A stretch of 63,108 bases of DNA, counting the filler, from Reticulomyxa filosa (lineage: Eukaryota > Protista > Foraminifera): assembly GCA_000512085.1 (NCBI GenBank). It is 18 parts of 18 records of this genome, joined end to end, with 100 filler letters (N's around TTAATTAATTAA, not from the genome) between each part and the next. Parts side by side here need not be neighbours in the genome. Positions count along the whole stretch, not along the records: positions 37,907 to 40,218 come from ASPP01010404.1; positions 40,319 to 46,556 come from ASPP01005831.1; positions 46,657 to 56,114 come from ASPP01004263.1; 15 more parts are not named here. One strand, given 5' to 3'. Positions 37,907 through 50,823 of this stretch are shown here, one piece after another. The first letter of the stretch is position 1. Each line of letters opens with the position of its first letter. Under the pieces are notes generated by a model, which was not told where the DNA came from, did no database searches, and saw nothing but the letters and a program-made list of their open reading frames with translations. A program made the translations under genes and the position numbers.

Positions 37907-38772
37907 AAAAAAAAAAAAAAAAAAAAAAAAAAGGGATCACTTTTTTTTTTTTTTTTAAAAAAAAAAATTCCAACACCTGTTGGACTTGAAGCAAATCACG
38001 CTCCAAGCGGGTGATTTCTTGTTTCAAATTTTGGTTTTGATCGGATAACAACTGCTTTTCTTCTCGAAGCATTGCCAGCTCGGATTCGTTCGGCTTGGCC
38101 GTTTGGTTCACATACGTCTCCAAACGCTGAATTGTCTCGGCCTGTGATTCCAACAACAAGTCTTTCTCGTATCTCGCAATTGTATCAACTCTCTTGCTTT
38201 TTATTTGCTCTCCTGTTACTTTCTATCCACGACAATTATAATATAACAATGTTATATACACATATTTGTAAATATTTACATGTGTACACACATATATAAA
38301 TGTATATCTATGTAAGTGAGCGAAAATTAAAAATCACCTCAATAAATTCTTGGAATACATCTTGATCTAATAGTTCTCGATAATCAATGGCCCCTTTTTT
38401 ATGAATGTCAAACGTGTCAAACAGTTCCATCATTTTCGCATCATCGTCGACTTGTGGCATCACATTCGACATTACGTCTTTGAATTCCATTCGATCAATT
38501 ACTCCATTTCTATCCTTGTCACATTTTTCAAATAGCTCCACCAATCGTAGCTTTATTTTGTTGTGACCTCCATCGCTGTTATCTTCACTCTCATATATCT
38601 GCGATGGTGCTTTTTCAATTTCCATACTTTCGTTGATGTCTATATTTCGTATGTGATATATTTTTCTTCTGTTTTTTTTCATTTTTATATATTAACTTGC
38701 AAGATTCTGTGTCCCATCACGTTCGGGAATGATATAGTCCGTAATTTCTGACACATTTTTTAATTCTGTCAT
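37907..38772 (-). CDS. EF-hand protein with coiled coil, partial, multi-exon
   Basis: FEKCDKDRNGVIDRMEF and FDTFDIHKKGAIDYREL. Intron 38640-38696. Coiled-coil exon at about 37975-38215. Confidence 0.8.
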
Positions 38773-38979
38773 TTAGATCAAACCTCTTCACAATTTCTTT
38801 CTGTCGCTAGTCTTTTTTATGGTGCCACTTTTTCCCTTTTTCTTTTTAAACGTGTGTACCCGTCTGTGTTTTGCAAACTAACTCTCAAAGTGGTTGTTGC
38901 AAATATAAAGTGTCAAACTATTAACAAAATTTTGTGCTGTTTTATGTGCATATTTTTCTTGAAATTAACATAAAATGTA

Positions 38980-39900
38980 CAATATAACCCTTACAGAGAT
39001 GATCTATTTTCTTCATGAAGAAACACATTTAGCATATTTTTTTAAACGCATCCACGAACCGTTTAGTTTTAAAATATGATGTCGGCTTTTTTTATTTCTT
39101 TACTATTGTTTCAAAAATTTGAATATTTTATTTTTTTTTGAAAATTTCTGGGAAAAATTTGACAATATTGCATGTATTTTAACATGAAATTTACCACTTT
39201 TTTTTTAAGAATTTTCAAAAAATGTTTCACCAATTTTTTCCAAAAACAAAATTTTGCAATGAAACGAATAACAAAATTTATTGAAAAAAGCATTAAAAAC
39301 AAAAATCATCAATAGAGTTAAAAATAAATGAATAGTACAAAGAAAATTTGGTTTAGAATGTTATAATTAGCGGATATTTTTCAAGTTTGATTATTTTAAT
39401 TTTTTTTTATCATAGTGTCAACTTTTCGGCTTGTGATTTAAAGATTATTATTTTTTTGCATATCTACCCTTATTCGAGAGCCAATAATAAACAAGATAAA
39501 ATATTGCTTAAAAATAAATCAATTAAAAACTTTCAAAGATTTTCTTTTCCAAGTAAACATTATTCTATTATAATCATTTGATAAAAGCTGTAAATGCAAA
39601 GAAAAAGCCATAAAAAAAATAGAATGCATGAGAGCATTCAAATAACAACGAAAATAGCAAAAATTTCAAAAAAGCTTAAAAATTTAAGCAATTCTCTATA
39701 AAACCGAAAATTCTGTCAAAAAAGGATTTAAATTTTGAAACAATTAGTAAATATGTAAAAAAAGCGAAATCATATTTTAAAACTAAACGATTCATGGATG
39801 TGTTTAAAAAAAAATTATATCTAAATGTTGTTTATTCGTGGAAAAAATAGGTCATCTATAAAGGTGCCGTTTTATGTGAACTTTCTTTTGCATTATACTG
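38980..39900. mobile_element. Non-autonomous Tc1-derived element with long TIRs, flanked by TA
   Basis: Left TA|CAATATAA..CTTACAGAGATGA..CATCCACGAACCGTTTAGTTTTAAAATATG is the inverted match of right CATATTTTAAAACTAAACGATTCATGGATG..TTATACTG|TA. No ORF recognised inside. Confidence 0.82.
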
Positions 39901-40029
39901 TATTTGTTATGCTGAGTTCATTCAGAAAGCAGAAAAAAAATGATTATTACAATCGATAAATATCATTAAACTGAATTAATCTTACTTTTGGCAATATATT
40001 TTATTTAAACGTATATCTTTTTGTAAAAC

Positions 40030-40218
40030 ACGTTGGATGTTATCAGCTCCATATTCGTGATTTTGTCATCAGGGCCTGATGCAATTGTATTGCCATCTGA
40101 TGAAACATTTACACCCATTATTCGACTAGAGTGCCATTCTAATTTTTGTACTTCATCTCATGTTTTCATATCCCATATTCGAATTGTCTTATCATCTGAA
40201 CAAGACACAACAGCTAGA
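40030..40218 (-). pseudogene. WD40-repeat pseudogene fragment
   Basis: VVSCSDDKTIRIWDMKT*DEVQKLEWHSSRIMGVNVSSDGNTIASG, with an internal stop. Confidence 0.8.
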
Positions 40219-40318
40219 NNNNNNNNNNNNNNNNNNNNNNNNNNNNNNNNNNNNNNNNNNNNTTAATTAATTAANNNNNNNNNNNNNNNNNNNNNNNNNN
40301 NNNNNNNNNNNNNNNNNN

Positions 40319-41003
40319 AGTATCAAAGATGAATCGACCAAAAAGGTTACTGATTTTAGCCAGGTTTGATAGTTGTCTTTTTTAAATAAAAAAAAAAAAC
40401 ACAACTACCAAACAACACAAAATGCAATACTAATAAAAGACTACCATTCGTATAAGACTACCTGGTCACGATCGTGCTTTTTTGCAAGGCCAATTTCAAT
40501 CACATGAAACCATTGCAGATGTCAGGGCGTTCATTGATTCAAATTTGCAACAGCCTATTCCCGAATACAAATTAGGTTTGAATTTTCGCTGTGATTTGTG
40601 TGCATATGCATTGTTTTGGTAGTTTTGTGTTTGTGCAAGGATGGGTTGTTGACAATGATTAGTGATTGGACCACCCATACAAGTATTGGATAATGAAGCA
40701 ATTACATTGCAGCAGTTAAGATTAGTGCCTGCTGCAATTATCAATCTTAGAATGAAGAAATCGGTCTTGAAAAATTTCAAACTTTCCACGGAAATGTCCG
40801 AGCAATTGAACTCGAGGCTAAATGAAGAACTGGAGAAAAGATTAAAAGAAGAAGCTGAATTGAAATCCAAAAAGGAAGAAAAAGAAAACGAACATCAAAC
40901 ACAACCACAAACACAGACTGAGACACAGACACAAATTCAGACCAATGAAAGCGGACAAACGAGAACAGAAGATGATAAAACTACAGATAATCAAAAACAA
41001 TAA
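40319..41003 (+). CDS. UBX-domain protein, 3' part (UBXN6/ASPSCR1-like); introns 40364-40439 and 40576-40662
   Basis: TTIRIRLPGHDRAFLQGQFQSHETIADVRAFI..YKL|VIGPP..TLQQLRLVPAAIINL. Confidence 0.85.
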
Positions 41004-41491
41004 TTGGTGAGGCTATGTTCCGTACTTCTTCCTCTTTTGCGTTTTGTATTCAAGGATACATTTTTTTTTAACGAGTCTCAAACTTTTGAAATTGAAAATT
41101 ACCGATGACCTCTATTATTCACTTTTTTGCATAAAAACAACTTTTCTCCATATTTGGTTTTAAATGAAAAAATGTTTTGTGAAAGGAAATTAAACGATAG
41201 TTTGATCTTTCTTTGCATTTTTAGCTTATTTTTCGATAAAAGAAGTATTGAGCAAATAATTTTATTTAATATTTTATTCATACTAACACTTTGTCGTTTA
41301 CACCATAGCGCAAAAGGCGCTTTGTTTTATCCCTCACTTGCATTCTCAAAACAAAATTACAGTCAAAAGGAAAAAAACATATAAACATCTTCCCTTTCCT
41401 TCTCTCCCGTCTCATATTATTGTTGATCCTCCAGAGGCAAAACAAACAGCAATAAAACTTGTACCTCTGTCATAGCTTGGAAGATATAAAC

Positions 41492-42740
41492 TCAGTTCAT
41501 CCAACGAGGTCTATCTTGGACCACAAAATGGTCTTGATTCCTGAACAAAAAATCTCGATCAAAGGCCATATTTTTGTGGCAATATAATTTGATACATTGC
41601 AAACAACAAATGAACAATGGGCTCCAAATAAATGCAGCCAAAGTAAAGACGATTGCAGTAGTCACAGCCCATCTTTGAATAGGGCTTAAACGTTTATCCA
41701 AAAAATTAATCAATGGTTTAGTATAGGGATCACTTGCCAAATCAACAAAGTAGGGTTTATCATTAAATTGTCCCACAAATGCCTGAGTAGCATCTGTGTT
41801 TTGTGATTGGATTGTGTCATTTAATTTTTAGGAGATGTTGAGCACAGTCAATAGTAACATTATCCAAGCAATAGAACAAAACTGTAATTTCGGTGTGTGG
41901 GTAAAGGAACATCGATAGCATCGGCGCAAGAAGAGCTTATATCAATATTATTTTCCAATCGAAAAAGATAAAACTGCAACGAATACGCACAAATGAGAAC
42001 AAAGCAAGCGATGCACCAGCACATGCAAATACACCATGCAAGACTCTTGCAGCGTCTCGGTAAAATGTATTCACGTTGAAGCAAATAGCGTCTCACTTCG
42101 TTTGCTTTTACAAAGCGTCCCTTCAAAACAAAAACAAAAAAAGATTGATAAATAATATTATAAAAAGGTGTCAGTTTTTCGTTCATTTCAAAAAAAAAAA
42201 AAAAAAAAAAGATAGCGTAAACTGCATCAGTATGTCCCTCATCCAAGACTTGTGTAAGCATTCTCGACTCGCTTACAGTCAATGTTTTGATATGTTCTTT
42301 GGACAGCACCTCGTCTAATTGTTTTTTTTCTCTTTTGGCCGCTCTGATTTGTTCACTATTTTGCGATTGATGGTAATAATGCCTTGCCCGCCCACTACGA
42401 CTGCGTTCATTGCTATGACTAAAACCATAGCCTTTGTTTCTTGGATCATCCGTCCGCATCGGACGAGGAGATTGCCAGCTTGGCTGACTAGGATATCCAT
42501 GTTCTTGTCCTTGCTCAGCGTTTTCGGCTCTGTCTTCCCTCATTGTTGTCGATTCGCTGCGCTCGATATTGTGCAGCGTCTCTTCTTCTTTGTCTTCCAA
42601 GTTCCGAAAAGAACTGTCAGTCGTCATCATTGCATTAGTATACGTTATTTGCCCTCCTTGCATTTCATCATCCCCTTTTTGAAAAAAAAAAAAAAAAAAA
42701 AGTACCACCACAGTTCAATTTCTCTTGTTTTGTTAATAAC

Positions 42741-42775
<35 letters not shown>

Positions 42776-45700
42776 TGAGAATAAAATAGCTGTGTGATCA
42801 TACAAGATGTAGTATAAAACCTGAAACATCTCCTCTGTCTTGTTTATGGAGGAGAATTGGAGGCTTCCATCGGATCTCAATTACCGGCTCATCGTTTTCC
42901 CGGGGCTTTTGTGGCTCTCCAAAAAGGTGCTCCTGCAGTTGCTTTTCTTCAGTTAATAGGCTATTGGTCAGTAGTTGTGGAGGCACCAGTTTTGGCTGGT
43001 TCGTTTTGCGGTCCATGACGAGCGAAGACGGACAGACGGACAGACGAACGAGGGAAAAAAAAGAGGGCACAACACACCGCCAACAAACAGATGTCATTGT
43101 TTGGACATTTCAACTCATAACACAATTCCAATCATCATATTTACCTGTAACAGCACATATAAAAAAAAAAAAAAACTAGGAGTTGGTGGTCGAAGTGGTT
43201 GAGCAATGGATTGGTGATGTGGATGCTTGGAACGCTTTTCATTATTGGAGTGCACGTTTTTGTAAGAAGGGAGCGAACTCACACGTCGATGTGTCTCATC
43301 AGTCGTTCTGATTATTTCAATATGTCGTTGTTGCTTCTCCCCTTCTTTGAACGTCGTCTTCTTTTTCTCTAATGACTTATCATCATCTTCTTCTTCTTCT
43401 TCTTCTATTACTAGTTCTGCTTCTTTCTCTTCTGTATCTTCTTCTTCTTCTTCATCTTGCTCCTCCTCCTCTTCTTCTTCTTCTTCTTCTTGTTCCTCCT
43501 TCTCTTCTTGTTTTTGTTCGTCCTCTTCCTCATCTTCTTCTACCTCCCTCTTTTCTTCTTCTTCTGACTCGCTTCCACGCTTATCATCGTCATCATCTCC
43601 TTTTTTCACTGTGGGTTTGGGTCTGGCTCTGACTTTGGTGACGACTCCGACTTTCACTGTGAGTAGGAGTGACAGTGCCGTTTTCATTTTTGCGCATGGG
43701 GCCCTGCAGATGGCTGTGAAATGGAGGCATTTTCGTTTGTATCTGCGTTTGCATTTGCATTTGCATTTGCGCTTGCGCGTATGGCTGTGGCTGTGGCTGT
43801 GCTTGTATTTGCATTTGCATTTGCTTTGCAATTTCGACAGCGTACGCATCAGCGCTCGGATTTCGGTGTATTCTTTGAGGCGGTAATGTGCCAAACTCGG
43901 AAGACATATTGGATTCTTTCTTGTGATTTTTCTCGTATTGATCTTTGTCATTATTGTCATCGTCATTGTTATTGTCATTCAATTTATTGTTATTATTGAA
44001 ATTATTGCTATAATAGTTATCATTGTTATTGCGATTGTTATTGTTATTGTAGTAATAGTAATTATTATTATTGTTAGTATTATTATTATTATTATTACTT
44101 TTGTAACCGCTATTCTTCATTTCTTTTGTCTTATTATTCTCATTTTCAATTGCAAATTTACTACTCTTCTGCTTGCTCTTGCTTTTGGTTTTTGTTTTCG
44201 TTTTGGTTTTACTCTTACTCTTACTCTTACTCTTACTTTTACTTTTACTCTTGCTCTTGTTGCTATCCTTCTGCATGTATCGCTTTGATGAGTGTTGTTT
44301 GTTTCCCATCGCTTTTTCATCGTCGGCAGGGCCAGGACCCTCAGAGGGCACCACTTCTAATATAACTGTTTGTGGCTGAGCATGTGTTTGAACTGTTCGA
44401 TGACCAGAAGACGGAACACTTACAACACTGGTGGATAACACAGATAAATGCTTCGCATGTCCTGGCTGAGATTGAATTTTATTCTCAACTGTCAAGTTTC
44501 GTACGTGTTTGTTCTTCACATTTTGTGTATCCAGCGATTGGCTGTTCTCATTTGCCCACTGTTGTTCACTGAGATTGCTACTCTGTGTTGCCACCAGCTC
44601 AACCGAAGCCTTTTCAAATCCCAAGAAGGGGGGAGGGAAGTTCAAAAAAAAAATTTATTATCCTCAACCTTTTTTGTTTTTTTTTTTGAGGGAAAACAAA
44701 AAACTTGTAACCCACAGTATGTGCAGTATGAGAAGTTCCGATATTGAGGTTTGGTGGTCGAAAGAATGTCTCTTGTTGTTGGTCTTGCCATTTGACGACA
44801 CTGGTCGGTGGAAACTCGGTGCTCACACCACTGGAAGACAGCAGTGAGTGCGGCTTGTTTATAACCTCTCCTTGTTCGTCTTCTCTCATTGTGTCTCTCT
44901 CGAATTCCTTTTTCGCTTCAATTTCTTTTTCGTGGTTACTGTAACAAAATCAACGAATAACAAGGCATTTCTCTCCTTTTTTTTTTTTTTTTTGCAATCA
45001 AAGCAAATAAAAATAATAAAAAAAGAAACACAAAAAGAATGAGTAAACTACAAAACATGATTTCGCTAGGTTTAGTCTTTTGAAATAAAAATTTGATAAT
45101 GGAAGACGGAATTAAAACAACCAAAGACAAGCCAATAACAACGCAGCTTTCAGGAATGATGGCCTTTCACCAAACAAAATAAACAAAGTCTTCACATCAT
45201 TTAATATTCTTGTAAGAAAATAAATAAATAAAGAAAGAAAAATACGGAACGTGTTTGTGATAAAACGAATAATAAGTGCCTGTCAAGGCAAACATTGTCA
45301 GCAAAGCCATAATGAACGCTGCTGTTCGTTTCTTTTATTATTTTATTTTAAACCCCCCCCCCCCCCCCTCTTCCCTGTCTCTCTCTCTCGTTTATTTCTC
45401 ATTTTCTTTTCTGTGTCGTAGAACACATCGTACGTATAAACAAACAAACAAAAAGTGTGACAATGTCGCACGTACCCTCGCAGGTAAATGCGTGCCGGGC
45501 AAGTAACAACACACGCCTAAGCAGAAATGGTCTTGTCGACAGTTTAAGCATATCAACCTGCCACACTTGACATAGAATCTCCCACCACCATCGAAAATGG
45601 AAATCTCTTGTCCACCGTGCGTGTAATCGTATCGCTTTGACAAATACGAGTAATACAATGACTGTTGAATCGACAGCAATGGCTTGTCACTGTTGTCGCG

Positions 45701-46543
45701 ATAGATTATACATGTTACTAAAAACAGTGCAAGTAAAGCCCCTGGAATTATCAACACTGGCCAATGTCTCTTAGCTGTGTCTAACGTTAGCCATCGATCA
45801 TTCCATATCCTGTTTATATATACGTATATACATATACATTTACATAAACATATATGTACATATGTATATATACATGTTATGTTCCATGTGTATATAAAAC
45901 GATACGAGATTAACAAAAAGAATAGAAAGGAGAGATACAAGTAACTTTCTTCCAAAACTGTGAAAACAAGGGCAGTAGAGTGTAATCAAGATGAGGCTTA
46001 TATGGCATCAATCTGGCGGTGAACACTGTGCCGTTCAAATGATTGCATCCACATTCGGTGGTATTACCACTCATTGCAATTACCCAGCATCCATTGGAGG
46101 ACCATTTGTTGCTCGTCTATCCATTGGTTACATATATCACAATACTTACGTATCAAAACGATTCAAAAAGGGTATCCCTTTTTTAAAAAAAAAAAATGTG
46201 TCAAAAAACTGAGTCCCAAAAAACACATTGCGCCATGTCCATAGTGGTAAGTGCTCGGCCCATGTCCACTTGAAATCGATGTGGATAGCAGTTATCCACA
46301 GTCATTTGCCGGGCCATCCATTTACTTTCCGATCGATTGTTTGAGTCCTATTGGACAAGTCAGCAACACGTGTTGCAATACAGATAAAAAAAAAAAAAAA
46401 GAGAAGAACGAACAACCAACCTCTCCTCCGCCAACGATTAACGTTAAGTACTGCGATGCAAATGTTGAATCTGTTTCATATGCAGAAATCTTTGCGCTGA
46501 TTAGTTGTACCGTCCGTGTGGTAATATCATCAATCCAATACAC
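41492..46543 (-). CDS. GPS/GAIN-containing multi-TM polycystin-1-like protein with very large low-complexity loop; multi-exon, 5' truncated
   Basis: GPS CNQW..WSSNGCWV..TECGCNHLNGTVF at about 46130-46020, then TM WPVLIIPGALLALFLV, further TMs at 45050-45320, and C-terminal TMs LAWCICMCWCIACFVLICAYSLQF. Confidence 0.7.
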
Positions 46544-46656
46544 ATAAAAAAAAAAANNNNNNNNNNNNNNNNNNNNNNNNNNNNNNNNNNNNNNNNNNNN
46601 TTAATTAATTAANNNNNNNNNNNNNNNNNNNNNNNNNNNNNNNNNNNNNNNNNNNN

Positions 46657-46692
<36 letters not shown>

Positions 46693-48910
46693 GATAGTAC
46701 GGTCGCGAAGTAGGGAGCTACGTGTACGATGCGAGTCCGTATGGAAATGGTGCTGAGAACTCACCGTAATACTGTGATTACGGTTGGTGATTCCTTGAAT
46801 TGGCAATGGTGTAATCCCTGTCGACAGTGGCGACAGACATTCTTCAGACGTAACCATGGACGACGCGTAATGACTAAATGTCGTGCTTTTATCTCGTTCT
46901 TTTTTTCCAATCACGTTTTCTTTTTCTGTTTCCTTTTCTTTTTCTTTTTCTTCCTCTTCTTTTTCATCTTTTTTGTCTTTGGTCTGCTTTTTGTTTTCCA
47001 TCTCTCGCAGGTATTTCAGGTGGTGCTGACCCCAAAAATCCGTGTCTAACATGCGCTTTTCATCCGGATTGATTCCGAGAAATTCCAACGTGGTCATCAC
47101 CATCAACTTATCCAGGAATTGATGTTCCGTAGGCAAATGATTCAATTCCTCGATCAACTCGCTCAACGCTTTGACAAAATGCTCCAGTTTCTTATTGTAT
47201 ACCAACATTTTCATGTGGTAAATTGACGACACTTCCGGGTCCATGCTAAAGTCCCCTTCATTTTTGTCGATTGTTATCACCGATCCTTCCGGACCCCATC
47301 GCGCATCACTGCCACTTTCTTCATTCCCATCACCACCACTGCCATCATCGTGTTTCTCATTTTCATTTTCATTCTCATTATCATTGTCATTATCATTGTC
47401 ATTACCATTATCATTACCATTGTCATTACCATTATCATCTCCGTTCTCGTCTTCATCCTCTTCGTCTCCGTGACGCTTCACGCGACCCATTTTGGATGGC
47501 AATTTGCCAATCTCAATCTCCTCACTTTTATGGCGTAGTTTGCTGTGTCTTGGCATCCCATGTGTGCCATTTCGCATATTATTTTTACGGTCCTTTGCAT
47601 TCGCATTTTTTGAGCCTTTTGTCATTGTTTATTTTTGTAGTTTGCATTTTTTTTTTTTTTTTGCAAAACAAGACAAAATCAATCCTTTAATATACATTAT
47701 ATAAACTTATATATGTATACATGTATATGTATGTATACGTAAATATAGCTACCGTTTATATTATGTTTGCCTTGGTCTGGCTTGAGTGGTGGCAGTGATC
47801 TAAACTCCTTTTCATCCTCGTTGTCGTTGCCAAGTTGGAATGAATTTTGAGTGGAACTGTTCTGAGAGTCGGGCTGAGAGGAAGGTTGAGACGAAGACTG
47901 AGATTTGGCGAACCACAGCAATATCGATTGTCGTCGTTGTTCTTGTAGAATTGAATGTGATAATGACTTTCGTCGAAAGTATATGTCGTCTGTCCCATCT
48001 TTGACATTGCTCATGTCTTTGTTTGAGTCATTGTTATTATTACCACTGCCATTGCTATTTCTATTGTTACTTTCATTTGCACTTACATTTACATTTGCAT
48101 TTGCATTTGCAATATTTACATTTGAATTTGGATTTGTGCTTATGTTTGTGTTGGTATTGATGTTGGTGTTTGCAATTGCAACTGCAATTTCGTTTTTTAT
48201 TGGATTATCGCTGGCAATTCGATTCGTGTTGTCTTTTTCATACAATATGTTTTTACGTTGAAGGAGGCCATTATCGTTTTCTTCATGGTCGTTTTTTTTT
48301 TAATTGTATTCGTATTGATATTAACATTGCCACTGATATTGATATTGCTTTTATTTTTATTGTCGATTTCATTTTCATTTCCAGTTTTACTTTTGCCTTT
48401 ATTTGAATCGTTACTTTTGTCTTTGATTTCAACTTTCAATTGTCTCACTGGCTTTGATCGTTCTTTGAACGTTTTTTTCGGCTCACTTCTTTCATTTTCC
48501 TTATCTTTACTCTTTTGTTCTTTTTCTTTTTCTTCTTCTTCTTTTGTCTTTGCTATTTTCACATTACTTTCATTTCCATTTTTCCGTGTTTCTTTTTCTC
48601 TCTCCTTTTCTTTTAATTCATTTGCCATTCCTTTTTCTCCAGTTTCTATTTTGTATGTGTGTGTTCGTTCACATGCCGCTCCCCTCCTTTATATATATAT
48701 ATGCGACAATTCCCTCTGGCCTCGTATAGCCAAACTGCTACTCTTCACTTGCTGTTTTTTCGTTTCCGCTTTTGGATTTACTGTTTCGTTCTCTGTTACT
48801 GTTCTTTTGTTGCTTGAAACCTTTGCTTTTAGGACTGGCTTCTTTTCTTCGGGTTTCGTTTCACTATGTAGTTCTGGCAAGCGATTGTGCGTGCTATGGA
48901 AATGATTTCA
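46657..48910 (-). CDS. Low-complexity Asn/Glu/Lys-rich hypothetical protein, multi-exon, partial
   Basis: Successive minus-strand ORFs separated by (TA)n or A-tract introns. No recognisable domain. Confidence 0.55.
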
Positions 48911-49365
48911 TCTCATTTTGCATTGATATGTGTCTGTTACCTTTTCCTCGAAATTGTTGTGAAAGACATACCTTGCTTCTTGTGGTTTTGTTTTCACAGA
49001 CATTGATCGATTATTATATCGAACGCAGGAGTAAAAAAAAAAAAAGTGTTATATTCTCTAGATTTGCAATAGACTTTCAAAAAATTAAAATATTTTTTAA
49101 AAATAACACAATTATTTAAAAAGTTAAATAATCTAATCATAAACAATGTTCCGTTTGAATTCACTGTAAAATTGGAAATTGTAGAGGTCTATGCCTTACT
49201 TGGCGTGTACATGACGTTCTTTCTTTCACAAAATAATTTCGGATTGCAACAAATTATCATCTTCAATAATATCACAGCAATCACACGAGTGAAACTGCTG
49301 AGTGAACCTTGTTTCTTTCTTTTTCCTTTCTGAACCAAGGCGCAAGTGTAAGTGAAGCAATTATC

Positions 49366-49818
49366 ATGAGTCAAGTTCACACGACTGAAACTGTAACAAA
49401 TGTTTGTCCAACATTTGAAAATGTGTTGTCAAAATGGAATTGGAAAGAAATAAAAAACTGTCCTGGTCGCTACGTCCTACGAAACGACATTGGAACGCAA
49501 TGGACTCCCAAAGAATTCATTGAAAAATCTTTTTCTGATCATGTGAGCAGCTTACAATGCGAGGATACAATCGCCCTAGCCGCCACAAAAGGAACCAAAG
49601 ATGACAGCATTATATTATTGCCATTCAAAGACAAAGGGGGAATTTTAACCTACATCAAAAAAGACAACAAAGATGGGTCAATTCGATATGTTCACACACT
49701 TAATAGCCCATCAGGGATGCTTCGAAAACTTTCGTCATTACATGTCAGTCTTATTTTTTCTGATGAGGATGGAAAGTTTCATGTTCAAGAGGAAAAAATA
49801 TCAAACGATGTCAGTTGA
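49366..49818 (+). CDS. Conserved-looking hypothetical protein
   Basis: Intronless ORF with motifs WNWKEIKNCPGRY, GGILTY and YVHTLNSPSGMLRKL. Confidence 0.7.
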   Translation: MSQVHTTETVTNVCPTFENVLSKWNWKEIKNCPGRYVLRNDIGTQWTPKEFIEKSFSDHVSSLQCEDTIALAATKGTKDDSIILLPFKDKGGILTYIKKDNKDGSIRYVHTLNSPSGMLRKLSSLHVSLIFSDEDGKFHVQEEKISNDVS

Positions 49819-50823
49819 TCCATACAATCATCTTACTACTTTTTTTAATCATAAATAAAAGTTACCATATTGGATATGCCATTAGATATCAAATTTCTAG
49901 TAGCGGCCTGTTCTATTTTTAACAATTTATTTACATTCGGCTACGTTAGTTTGCAAAAAGAATTCATTTTACCAACTTCAAAAAAAAGTTACTAAAAGAT
50001 TAATATTATATTTAAAAACTATAACATTTCTGAAAAGTGCTCTAATTAAATAACACAACTTTTTCTTAACACTTTCGATACATACAATAATGAAATCGTT
50101 TTGTGTAAACAATAAGCTGTTATGTTCTTCACACAATATTCAAAAAGATATTACTACACGTATAGTTATATATCCAATTTGATTTTCATTTATATGTTTT
50201 CTTTCAACATTTACAAATGGATTCAAGCCTGAGATTTTTTTTCTTTTGAATGACAAGATAATTTTGTATAAAGGCTGAGATTTTTAAATTACTTAAATAT
50301 TGTCGTAACAATATACTCGCTTTCTTTGTGTTCCGCAAAAAAATTTACCAATCCTCAAAACCACACGCTTCATCTTTATAATATCATTTCTAATCAATGT
50401 AAATGCTGAATGTAGAAGTACATCGGATTATCCAAGTGTAATATGAAAATTGTGCCATTTTAAGCTAAATTGCAATAAACAACGAAATTTGATTGCAAAA
50501 CTTGATTCTTTTGCAAAAAAAACTCGAAAAAGTGAGTTTTAAGTCGATGTTTTGCGCACAAAAATGCAAACAAAATTTCACATTATCAACCAATAAGACT
50601 GTAAGAAAAAATAAGAAGACGTTTTGAGTGTAGGATTAGCTTAATGATAACTTCTAAAAAGAGAATAAACAATAAATCATCTACAAAAAAAACTTTGATA
50701 AAGAAGGCATTGCAAAAAAAAAAAAAATGCAATAACTCAAAACATATGTGATTGATTGTTGGTTGTGCAAATTTGGTTTCCTACTCATAAACTTTAGAGT
50801 CAGGAAGTTTAAAAAAAGAGAAT

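Noticed and set aside
43115-48905. Many overlapping poly-Ser/Leu/Ile/Phe ORFs
   Set aside because: Antisense or alternate-frame readings of low-complexity exons.
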